Origin: Thecamonas trahens ATCC 50062
Taxonomy: Eukaryota > Protista > Apusomonadida
Length of the DNA: 64,000 bases
Assembly: GCF_000142905.1 (NCBI RefSeq)
Contig: NW_013657672.1
Span: 451,826 to 515,825, forward strand
Reading direction: 5' to 3'
Position numbers and translations under genes: made by a program. Within the stretch, counting starts at the first letter, position 1, and each line of letters opens with the position of its first letter. The notes beneath the pieces are model-generated. The model saw only the letters and a list, made by a program, of their open reading frames with translations. It did no database searches and was not told where the DNA came from. Shown here one piece after another: positions 48,801 through 60,061 of the stretch.

Positions 48801-50792
48801 AAGAAGCTCATCGGCAAGGCGCCCAAGCCCAGCTCGGGCATCTCCATCTCGTTTGGCTCCAAGGCCACGAGCAGTGACAAGGCCAAGGACGACGCTGACA
48901 AGAAGAAGGGCGGTGCCGGCGGGTTCACGTTCGGCAAGCCCAAGGCCAAGGACGAGTCTGGCGAGGGCGCTGACGACAAGGCCAAGGACGACGCCGGCAA
49001 GAAGAAGAGCGGTGCTGGCGGGTTCACGTTTGGCAAGCCCAAGGCCAAGGACGAGTCTGGCGAGGGCGCTGACGACAAGGCCAAGGACGACGCCGGCAAG
49101 AAGAAGAGTGGTGCCGGCGGGTTCACGTTCGGCAAGCCCAAGGCCAAGGGCGAGTCTGGCGAGGGCGCTGACGACAAGCCCAAGGCCAAGGCGAAGACGC
49201 CGAGCATGGGCAAGTTCTCGTTTGGCAAGCCAGCCAGCATCGAAAGTGATCTGGCCAGCAAGGCCGAAAACAAGACCCAGGAGAAGCCAAAGGCGGCGCC
49301 GGCTGCGGCGCCGGCTTACAAGCCGCTGAAGAAGGCGTCCAAGGAGCGGCTCCGGCAGCAGGCCAACGAGGCGGCGTTCAAGGAGGACGGCTTTGCGCCA
49401 TCGGCGTTCGAGGGCGAGAAAAAGGCCGAGGAGAAGCCAAAGGCGGCGCCGGCTGCGGCGCCGGCTTACAAGCCGCTGAAGAAGGCGTCCAAGGAGCGGC
49501 TCCGGCAGCAGGCCAACGAGGCGGCGTTCCAGGAGGACGGCTTTGCACCGTCAGCGTTTGAGGGCGAGAAGAACGAGACCAACGCCGACGTGACCGCTGA
49601 AAAGGAAAAGCTGAAGGCCAAGTTTGGCAAGACCGAGTCTGCGTTTGGCAAGGGCTCGAGCTTTGCAAGCAAGAAGATTGCGTTTGGCAAGAAGGCCGAT
49701 GGCGAGGCGAGCAAGTCGTCCGAGCCGGGTAAGTTTGCCTTTGGCAAGCCGAGCGCCGCGGCCAAGCCGGCCGCGGCCGCGGCCAATCCCGCAGACGCCG
49801 AGGCGTCGACGCCCAAAGCCAAGCGGTTTGCCTTTGGCAACCAGAACAAGTCGGGCGAGAAGAAGGCTATGCAGCGGTCGGACGGCTCAGCTATGTACGT
49901 GTTCGGAGGGAGCAAGCCAAAGCCGGCGACGACTGACCCACCGGCAGCGACGGCGGCGGCTCCGGCCGCCAGCGCTACGCCGTTCTCCACCGGCATTTCC
50001 AGCCAGCCCAAGGGCTTTGGCCAGTCGAGCAGCAATGCAAAGCCGAACCCGTTCGGCGCGCCGCCTGCCATGCCGGCGTTCGGTGGCGGCTCCAAGCCTG
50101 CGTTTGGCGCCGGCGCAAGCGGCGGCAACCCGTTTGCACCGGCGGCGCCGCCCAAGCCTGCATTTGGTGGTGGCGGCGACGGCAACCCGTTTGCACCGGC
50201 GGCGCCGCCCAAGCCTGCGTTTGGCGGCGGCGGCAGCAATCCGTTTACACCGGCGGCGCCGCCCAAGCCTGTGTTTGGTGGTGGTGGGGGCGGCAACCCG
50301 TTCTCGCCGGCGGCGCCGCCCAAGCCCGCGTTTGGTGGCGGTAGCGGTGGCGGCGGAGCGTTTGGTGGTGGCGCGTTTGGCGGCGGCAACAGCGGCGGCG
50401 GCGTGTTTGGCGGCAACAGCGGCGGTGGCGCGTTTGGCGGCAACAGTGGCGGAGGCGCGTTTGGCGGCGGCAACAGCGGCGGTGGTGCGTTTGGCGGCGG
50501 CAACAGCGGCGGTGGTGCGTTTGGCGGCGGCAACAACGGCGGTGGTGCGTTTGGCGGCGGCGGCAACAGCGGCGGCGGCGCGTTTGGCGGCGGCAACAGC
50601 GGCGGCGGCGCGTTTGGTGGCGGCAGCAGCGGCGGAGGCGCGTTTGGTGGCGGCAACAGCGGCGGTGGCGCGTTTGGTGGCGGCAGCAGCGGCGGCGGAA
50701 GTGGCAGTGCTTCTAACATCGGCATCCCGCTCGCCGACCCTGAGACGCTGGCCAAGCGCAAGAAGGTCAAGGTCCGCTATAAGCGCCGTTAA
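45752..50792 (+). CDS. NUP153: NUP153/Nup1-like nuclear basket FG nucleoporin with four RanBP2-type zinc fingers; one intron, apparent frameshifts
   Basis: Exon 1 ..DPYTRRGGK; intron 45809-46245 (GTATGT...TATAG); GFLAHVFDF; four W.C..C..N......C..C fingers; FxFG/AFG repeats; basic C-terminus KRKKVKVRYKRR. Frame changes near 47373, 48473 and 48557. Confidence 0.8.
45837..45889. repeat. (GT)n microsatellite in the NUP153-like intron
   Basis: Directly visible. Confidence 0.95.
47720..48370 (+). repeat. Four near-identical 165-bp coding repeats, each one RanBP2 zinc finger
   Basis: ACTTGGAAGTGC recurs at 47751, 47916, 48081 and 48246. Confidence 0.97.
48880..49570 (+). repeat. Coding tandem repeats in the nucleoporin: about 3 x 99 bp (GGFTFGKP) and 2 x 150 bp
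   Basis: KAKDESGEGADDK..GGFTFGKP is repeated; GAGAAGCCAAAGGCGGCG occurs at 49281 and 49431. Confidence 0.9.
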
Positions 50793-50913
50793 GCGAGCAC
50801 CATGATAAACGTGACGTGTAATCTCAATTCGATGTACGGGCTCTTGTGCAGTGTGCGTAGCCGGCGGCAGGTGATCGGGTTGTCTGGCCGGTGGCGAGAG
50901 GAGGCCGAGCTAC

Positions 50914-50981
50914 ACCCCCGCCAAGCTACCCACCCCCGCCAAGCTACCCACCCCCGCCAAGCTGCCCACCCCCGCCAAGCC
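50914..50981. repeat. 18-bp tandem repeat CACCCCCGCCAAGCTACC, about 4 copies
   Basis: Directly visible between the NUP153-like stop and the Kish ATG. Confidence 0.88.
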
Positions 50982-51003
50982 CTCTCTCCAGAGTCAGACC
51001 ACT

Positions 51004-51012
51004 ATGGTACGT

Positions 51013-51086
<74 letters not shown>

Positions 51087-51563
51087 GACGAGGAGGGAGG
51101 GTGGGGTGGAGGGAAGGGGAAGGGCTCGGGTGGGCTGGGTGGTCGGGCTCCCCCTCTCCGTGGCTTGATCGGTGTCGGTCTCACTGTTGAGCGGAGAATT
51201 GTGATGGCCGGGTGCTGGGTTGGTTGTGCGATGGGCTGATGATCGATGGGCTGTGCGATGGGCTGTGCGATGGGCTGATGATCGATGGGCTGTGCGACGG
51301 GCTGATGATGGATGCGCTGGGTGACTGCCTTGAGACCACAGTCGGCTCTGCTCAACTTCCAATCGCTGCTCTTTGTGGTGCTCCTCTTCATCTGCACCTG
51401 CGCATACATCAGAGCATATCGCCCACAGCTCATCGATGCTAACAAGACCGGCGTCTTTGGCATGGCGTTCAAAGCTGCGCGCATAGGTGAGCGGCTATCG
51501 CCGTGGGTCTCGCTCTCCTGCATTGCTATGGCTGGCTACATCCTCTTCGTCGACTCTCGCTAA
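51004..51563 (+). CDS. TMEM167: Protein Kish (TMEM167)
   Basis: ATG|GTACGT, intron 51007-51341 (...CACAG), then [40 protein letters not shown]. Confidence 0.93.
51014..51084. repeat. (GT)n microsatellite in the Kish intron
   Basis: Directly visible. Confidence 0.95.
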
Positions 51564-51958
51564 CCCCAGAGCACTGCTCGAATGTTATCGCATGATCTCA
51601 ACATCAATATGCTGTCCAGTGCCACCTGTTTGCGGACGCCGCCATCAGGACGCAACCTGATACAAACACCGCTGGGAGTCAGCCTCTCCCTACTCGCCTA
51701 GCCTGCTCGTCACGGACAAGGACGCAGCTGGCGATGCGCCGCATACCGGCCATCTCCCGCGCTGGCCGGGAATAATCAACCCCATGGCATAAAGACCAAT
51801 CGTAGCATGGCGAGGCAGTCCGGGCTGGTGGTCGGGCGAGGCGGGCTGGCGTCAGGCTTGCGGTGTCCGGCGTCCTGGGTGTGGACCTGACTGGCTCTGC
51901 TGGGAGAGTACTCGACTGTGCTGGAGGCGGGGTTTTCAAGGCAGGGAGCAGGTTGAGT

Positions 51959-53149
51959 ATGCTTGCGCTTGTGTTTGTCTTTGTGCTGATGGACGTCCTT
52001 GGCTTTGCACTCGTTCTTCCGTTGCTGCCGTACCTGGTGTCCGAGCTTGCGGCGCCCCCGTCGCTGGTGGGCACACTGCTGACGGCCAACGCGGCGGCTC
52101 AGCTGGTGGGTGCGCCTCTGCTGGGCTCGATGTCAGATACCATTGGTCGCCGGCCGGTCCTCATCTTTGCCGCCTGCTGGACGTGTATCTCGTTTGCCCT
52201 GCTCGCGGTGAGCTCCTCGCTTGCCATGGCTCTCGTCTCACGGGTGCTGGACGGTCTGCTCGGCGGCGATGTCTCGCTAGCTCTGGCGTACGTCTCGGAC
52301 ATCACGACCGAGGAGAACCGGGCGCGTGGCCTCGGCGCGGTTGGTGCCGCCTTTGGCCTTGCTTTTATCCTCGGCCCGGTCATCGGCGGCGTGCTTGTCT
52401 CGTACTCGCTGATGGCGCCGGCGCTGCTGGCGTCGGCCATTGCTGCGGCCAACGCTCTCGGGCTCTACTTTTGGCTCCCCGAGTCGCTGGCGAAGAAGCC
52501 TGCTGCTGACGAGAGCGCGACAGGTGGGCTGGCGAACATCTCGCGATGGGATCCGCTGGCATTGCTGCGCGGTGCGCTGGCGGAGACCGGTCTTGCGCCG
52601 CTGCTGATCCTCCGCACGGGGTACTCGTTCATGTTTATTGCGTGGGAGGCCATGTTTGCCACCCACTACAAGTCGGTCTACGAGCTCCCAGCGCGGACCG
52701 TCTCGTGCATCTTGGGTCTCGTGGCGCTCATGTACGCTGCTGTACAGGGCGGGGCCATTGCGGCGCTGACGAAGCGGACGCGGCCCGAATTGCTTGTGAC
52801 CGTCAGCCTGGCGGCGATGGGCGCGGCTCTTGGCCTATGGCTTGCACCGCTGCCGCTGGCGATATCGCTTGGCGCCATGGCGATCTTTGGCCTCGCCTCG
52901 GGCGTTGCCAACACTCTGCTCAACGCGCTCATCTCGGTCCAGGTCCCGCGGCACCGGTTCGGTTCGGCGCTCACGCTCTCGTCGGCGCTCGGCTCGCTGG
53001 TCCGGGTTCTTGCTCCCTCGGTTGTTGCGCTCTCGTTCCAGCTCACCGGCTCACACCTGGCGGCCATAGGCCTTTGCGCGGCCATCGGCCTCGCCGCGTC
53101 TGCCTACGCCCGCTCGGTCTTTGCGCCGGCCAAGCCGCATGTTGATTAA
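51959..53149 (+). CDS. MFS transporter, TetA/DHA1-like
   Basis: MDVLGFALVLPLLP; motif A GSMSDTIGRRPVL; AYVSDIT..NRARGLG; GLAFILGPVIGG; LPES; about 12 hydrophobic segments. Confidence 0.9.
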   Translation: MLALVFVFVLMDVLGFALVLPLLPYLVSELAAPPSLVGTLLTANAAAQLVGAPLLGSMSDTIGRRPVLIFAACWTCISFALLAVSSSLAMALVSRVLDGLLGGDVSLALAYVSDITTEENRARGLGAVGAAFGLAFILGPVIGGVLVSYSLMAPALLASAIAAANALGLYFWLPESLAKKPAADESATGGLANISRWDPLALLRGALAETGLAPLLILRTGYSFMFIAWEAMFATHYKSVYELPARTVSCILGLVALMYAAVQGGAIAALTKRTRPELLVTVSLAAMGAALGLWLAPLPLAISLGAMAIFGLASGVANTLLNALISVQVPRHRFGSALTLSSALGSLVRVLAPSVVALSFQLTGSHLAAIGLCAAIGLAASAYARSVFAPAKPHVD

Positions 53150-53362
53150 AGCCCCCAAGGCATGCGATCGGAGGCTGGGTCGTACCCAAGCGCTTAGCGA
53201 GACGCAAAGGTGGTGGCAGTGGCTGTTGTTGACGTTTGGGCGAGTGGGCGAGCCGGCGGGGCTGTGAGGCTGCGAGCGGGCAAGTGGGCAAGCAGGCGTC
53301 TGACCCGATGTCCGCCAACGACCGACCGGCGCCGTCGCGACAACACACCACTCTGCACAGGC

Positions 53363-54541
<1,179 letters not shown>

Positions 54542-55506
54542 CCTGCATCTTCGGGCGCAGATTGCAGCGTGATGGTGAAGATAATGGCAACGATGACGGT
54601 GTGGGGGTGCTTTACTACGAAAAAAAGAAGACGTGGCCGGTATGAGTGGACATCTCTGCTGTTGTGTACCATGTGTGTGCGTGTGCGTGTGCGTGTGCGT
54701 GCTGTGAGTAGAGGGTGTGCATGGGCGCTCGTGGCACCAGGGAAATCTTTGGCGGTCAGGGACAGGCTTTGCAGGCCTGGGGAACGTTGTATCGTCACTG
54801 AAATCAGACTGACGTGCAATTCCAATCATCACTCCACCCTCTCAACCACCCTCCACTCTCTCGCACTAGTTGTACGTACCCATAAACAAGCTTCTGCTGA
54901 CAACAGGCGGGAGAAATCCATCGCACATGCAAACACAAAAATTCGAGACTTGGACCACACCGCCTCGAATATATTGCCGCCATCCCCCACACCCACACCC
55001 TCCCTCGCTCCTCACCCGGCCAGCCAGTCAGCCAGCCTATCCACCCCGCCCCGACGCCCCGACCACCGGACCGCCCCCCCCCCCCCCCCCCCTCCCCCAC
55101 ATCTCCCCTCTTCCCCGCCTCCCCTACAACGTGAGCCCAAAAAACCAAAACACGGCCAGAGNNNNNNNNNNNNNNNNNNNNNNNNNNNNNNNNNNNNNNN
55201 NNNNNNNNNNNNNNNNNNNNNNNNNNNNNNNNNNNNNNNNNNNNNNNNNNNNNNNNNNNNNTCAGATGTAATCTTCCCCGACACCGGAGCCCCCCCCCCT
55301 CCCCCACCATCCCCCCTCCTTCCCCGCCTCCCCCCCCCCCCCCTCCCCCCCCCACCACACACACCGAGAGCCGACTTTGGTCGAGAGCTGTGTGCTGTGT
55401 AGAGCCGGGATTACGAAAGCGGCGACGGTGCGACAATGCTACATTGTCACGACTTCATTTCGAGCGCGGCAGAGGGCAGTGATCGAGGAGGTCGCCACAG
55501 ACGCTG

Positions 55507-58500
55507 TCAGCTCGGGTGTGACGAGGTGGCCGAGCTGCGTTGGCTGAGCTCTATGCGCTTCTTGTGGACGATGGCGAGCATGCGATGGAAATGCTGCACC
55601 TCGTGGGCGAGGTACTGCTGCTGGAGAGCGCGCAGGTCGTTGTCAGACTTACCAGCGTCGCGGGCCTTGCGCAGCTGCGAGAGGAACCGCTGCCGGAGAA
55701 CGGCGATGAGCTGAACGGCGGTGACCGTCTGGGCGTTGATGCGGCTGCCATCAGGCGGCGGGACGGGATTAGCCTCAAATTGCCGCCTGGCAGCAGCGTA
55801 CATCTCGAGGACTTGAGGCGGCACGGCAGGTCGCTGCTGTGGCACGTTAGCTGGCGCAGGAGCAGTCTGTTGCGACTGGGCTCCAGCCTGGGCGCGAGCC
55901 TGAGCTTCTGCGCGAGCACGGGCTTGTGCCTGTGCTTCTGCGCGAGCCTGAGCCTGAGCCTGAGCCTGGGCACGGGCCTGGGCATCGGCCTGGGCGCGGG
56001 CCTGAGCTTCTGCGTGAGCGCGAGCCTGGGCCTGGGCCTGGGCGTGGGCGTGGGCCTGAGCCTGGGCGTGGGCCTGAGTCTGGGCGCGGGCCTGAGTCTG
56101 GGCGTGGGCCTGAGTCTGGGCCACAGAGTGGGTGGCACCAGGTGCCGGGGCGGCGCCGACTGGCTTGCCAGCCTTCTCGCTCTCCTTGCCCTTGATATAG
56201 GCGATGAGCGACTCTTCAGTGCTGATGTAGCGCGAGACGGTTGCGATGCCCTGGTTGAGGGCCGCAAACTTGGACTGGAAGATCTCCAGCTCGGATGCCG
56301 AGAGCTCTGGGCGTGACTTGAGCTCCTCAAGCTCCTCCCTGAGCCGCTGGAGGCGAACGGTGAGGATGTGGTGCTTCTTCTGGATAAAGAACAGATACAG
56401 GGCCTTGAACTGCAGCTCCTCGTCCATGAGCGAGATCTGCTTCTGGGCCTGTGACGAGAGCGACTTGTACACTGCCTGCATGTCCGCAGCCGACGGCGCC
56501 GGCGACTGAGCTCGTGGCGCCGCGGCGGGCGGCACCGGCTGCTGGCTCTGGCCCTGGCCCTGGCCCTGAGCATGAGTCTGGGCCCGCGAGTGGGCGAGGG
56601 CGTGGGCTTTGGCTTGGGCCTGAGCCTCGGCTTGGGCTTGGGCTTGGGCATGGGCTTGGGCCTGGGCTTGAGCTCGGGCCTGCTTCATGCGCTCAGCCTC
56701 GCGCGCCTGATTGTGCGCCTGGAGCTGGGCGGGAGAGGGAGCAGCAGGCATGACGACGCCGGCATGATGTTGGCGATGCTGCTGGTGGACCTGGTGGCCC
56801 TGACCACCATGCGAGGCTTGCGCAGCCTGAGAGGCGTGGGGCACCGGCGAGCTTGGGTGGACCGGCATGTGGATAGCTTGCTGGGCCTGCTGCATCTGGT
56901 GGAGCTGACCGCCCTGGCGAGCGTGATGGGGATGGTGGGCAGCCTGTGGGTGCTGGTTGGCAGCGTGGGCACGAGCATGCGGGTTGGGGCGAGCCTGCAT
57001 CTGCTGGGCCTGCTGTACTTGGCGGGCATGGAGAAGCTGGGCGTTGGCGTGGGCTTGGGCATTGGCGTGGGCGCGGGCCTGCGCGTCATCGACGCCGTGC
57101 ACGGGCGTGATGGGACGCGAAGACGGGCGCGAGGACGGGCGCGAGGACGGGAGGTGAGATTGGCGCGCTGTGCGGGCCTTGTTCTTGAGGGCGACGTCGC
57201 GAGCTTGCTGGACCAGCTGTGCTTGGTGGATCTGGATGGACGGCTCGGCACGGGCGCATGCACGGACGAGCTCCTGATACTCGGGCGAGGAGCGATCGCT
57301 CGACTTGACAGCGTTGAGGGTAGCACGCGGGTCGTAAAAGACGCGGCGCGATGCGGCCGGATAGCCTGGGTAGCTCACGGAGCGGAGGCCATGGATCGAG
57401 CGGGAGGGGAGCGAGATGACCGGGCCCGAGCCTGCGCCGACCACGCCGTTGATCATGTCGTCGACGGATGGCGGTCCGGGGTCGGGTGGGGCGGCTGGCG
57501 CGACGACGACGGCGGGAGCAAGGCCTTGAAGCCTGCGCGAGCGACATCGGTTGCGTGGCCGTCGCCAATGGGGGACATGAGGCCCTTGTAGGCGACAGCA
57601 GTGACGCTATCGGACGCTGCCAACGGCGTCAGCTGCGAGCCCATAAACTCGCGGAGAAAGTCGGCACGGCGGGCGTAGACAAACGGCCGCTCGGCAACCA
57701 GAGGCGCGAGGGCATACGGCTCGGAGAGAGTTAGCGGCGAAGACGACGGAAAGTCGCTGCTAAACGTGCGTGGCGAGAGGGTGGCCCAGGCGCCGGTCGA
57801 CCGGGCCGAGGCCAGCGGGGAGTATGCTCCCATAGTGACGGTGAGCGGCGCGAGGTCTGCTTGGAGCCGGGTGGCAAGCACCTCGGATCCAAGGACCATT
57901 GGGGTGGGCGACGGCGAGGCCGAGACGGCGGCGCTGGTCCGGCCGGGCCGCGAGACGAGCGGACGAGGGCCGCCAGTGCGCTTCCGCTCCTCGCGCGAGC
58001 GCATGTACTCGTTGAGCAGGTCCTCGAATGGCGCCGAGCGGCCGACAACTTTGCGCTTGAGCGTGATCGAGTGCAGCTTGCAGCCGAGGGCGCGCGAGCA
58101 TGCGGCGCCTTTCTTATCATTGTAAACGCCACACATGGTGTCCGGGTCGAACGCGCGACGGGAGCCGCGCTTGCGGCGCTTGGTCAGCAGCTCGGCGTCG
58201 GCCGGCATGGAGGCCTTGCGCTTGAGCGAGGCCTCGCTGGCGGCAGCCGTGGCGGCGGCCTCTGCAGCAGCAGCAGCGGCGGCAGCAGCAGCAGCAGCCG
58301 ACGCAGCTGTCGACGAGGCGTCGGCGCGGCTACGAGCCTGCGACCGTTTTGTCTTGCCCGAGGTGAGCGAGGAGAGGCGGGCGGTGGCAGCCTGGTGCTC
58401 ACGAGAGATCTCGACGGCGCGAGCGACCTTTGCCCTGCGGAGGGCGACTAGCTTGACGCACTCGATGTAGTGCGACTTTGCACGCTGGGCGAGGACGAGC

Positions 58501-59284
58501 ATGCGGCAGGAGCGGCACGTGGTGGTGAGGAGAGGCTCTTCCATGGGGCGGAAGCCAAAGATGGGCATGAGCGAGGCGTTGACGCGAGGGGCAGCCAGAT
58601 GCTTTGCCGAAGCTGAGGGCGAGGGCGCAGGCCCTGCCGGAGCCACAGCAGCCAGAGCCGAGGTCCATGTCGAAGGCTCTGCCGGGGCCAGTTGTGGACG
58701 TTTCGACGACGGCCTCGGCAGTGGCGGCAAGACGTCCCAGTCTTCAGGCGATACAAAGATGGGCATATCAGGAGCAGCTACAAGACGGAGTACAGGAGGG
58801 TGATGGTGTGAGGTTGGTGGAGGCGTGACAGTTACTGCCACTAGAGGCCAAAGGCTGTTGTGTGGGAGGGGGGGGGGGGGAGGGGGGAGGGGGGAGGGGG
58901 GGGCGCATTGTGTGTCTGCGCCATCTGTGGAAGGAGGCTGAGGGGGCACCACATGCGAGGAGAAAGGGGGATACAGATGACACAGCAGTGCCTTGAAGAA
59001 GGAGCATGTTGTAGACATAGAATATAACCCCATGCTGCCACTGGGGTTGTTGTCCATAGCTGGGATGGCCTGGACAAGCGGCCAGGTCCAGGTCTGGTAG
59101 GTGGCCAGCAGTAGCTTTGGGTGGTGGGTGGGGAGAAACTCTCCCAAATGTCTCATGGCTCGGCTGATAGCCAAGGGGAAGATGACGCAAGCTCATGCGA
59201 GGCATGGGGGAGGGAGGGGGGGGTGGGTGGGTGGTGGTGGTGGTGGGTGGTGGTCGTACGGAGGGGAGGAGGGGGTCCCTCCAT
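55507..59284 (-). CDS. ATXN7: Ataxin-7/Sgf73-like SAGA subunit (zinc finger + SCA7 domain) with Q/A/H-rich C-terminal half; one intron, one apparent frameshift
   Basis: FGFRP..CRSC..SHYIEC; SCA7 domain [34 protein letters not shown]. Intron 58778-59259 (GTACGA...TGTAG). A -1 shift near 57515 joins ORF 55507-57456. Confidence 0.8.
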
Positions 59285-59463
59285 GAGTGGCTCGAGGGTG
59301 AGAGGGGTCACCGGTCTACGGTCTTGCTCCCCGCCAACTCGCGCTCGTCCTCGGTCGACTGCCGTCCGTTCGTCCGGCCCAGGTGGTCGAGGAGGCGAAG
59401 GGGGGGGGTGAGGGGTTGAGGAGGCGATCGGGCGCGAGGGGAGGTGTAGGGGAGGGAAGAGTT

Positions 59464-59464
<1 letters not shown>

Positions 59465-59497
<33 letters not shown>

Positions 59498-59511
59498 GTG
59501 TGTGTGTGTGT

Positions 59512-59545
<34 letters not shown>

Positions 59546-59868
59546 ATTCTTGNNNNNNNNNNNNNNNNNNNNNNNNNNNNNNNNNNNNNNNNNNNNNNNN
59601 NNNNNNNNNNNNNNNNNNNNNNNNNNNNNNNNNNNNNNNNNNNNNNNNNNNNNNNNNNNNNNNNNNNNNNNNNNNNNNNNNNNNNNNNNNNNNNNNNNNN
59701 NNNNNNNNNNNNNNNNNNNNNNNNNNNNNNNNNNNNNNNNNNNNNNNNNNNNNNNNNNNNNNNNNNNNNNNNNNNNNNNNNNNNNNNNNNNNTACCAGTG
59801 TGTGTGTGTGTGTGTGTGTGTGTTGTGTAGTGTGTGTGTGTTCGTGTGTGTGTGTGTGTGTGTGTGTG
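59465..59868. repeat. (GT)n tracts flanking assembly gap 59553-59792
   Basis: Directly visible. Confidence 0.9.
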
Positions 59869-60061
59869 GGGACAGTGTTACACGATGTGGCGGGGCTGGA
59901 CAGGGGAGGTTGGAATCGACTGGGGGAGGTGATGGGAATGGTTCATAGACTGCCCGATGGGTGCAGAGCACAACATCACAATTAGTTTAGGAGGCTATCG
60001 TAGAGCAATGACGGCGGTGGGCGCAGGCACGTGGGCGAGCCGAGAAACCAGCTGGATGCGG

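Noticed and set aside
47321-50770. Long minus-strand ORFs (650 aa, 434 aa) with repeats
   Set aside because: Antisense shadows of the repetitive nucleoporin CDS in high-GC DNA.
51959-53149. TetA-like gene as an acquired resistance gene or horizontal transfer
   Set aside because: DHA1-type MFS proteins are common in eukaryotes; codon usage matches neighbours and there are no mobile-element flanks.
55066-55350. Similar C-rich sequence on both sides of the 100-N gap (likewise the GT tracts around 59553-59792)
   Set aside because: Probably the same low-quality sequence read from both contig ends, an assembly artefact rather than a duplication.
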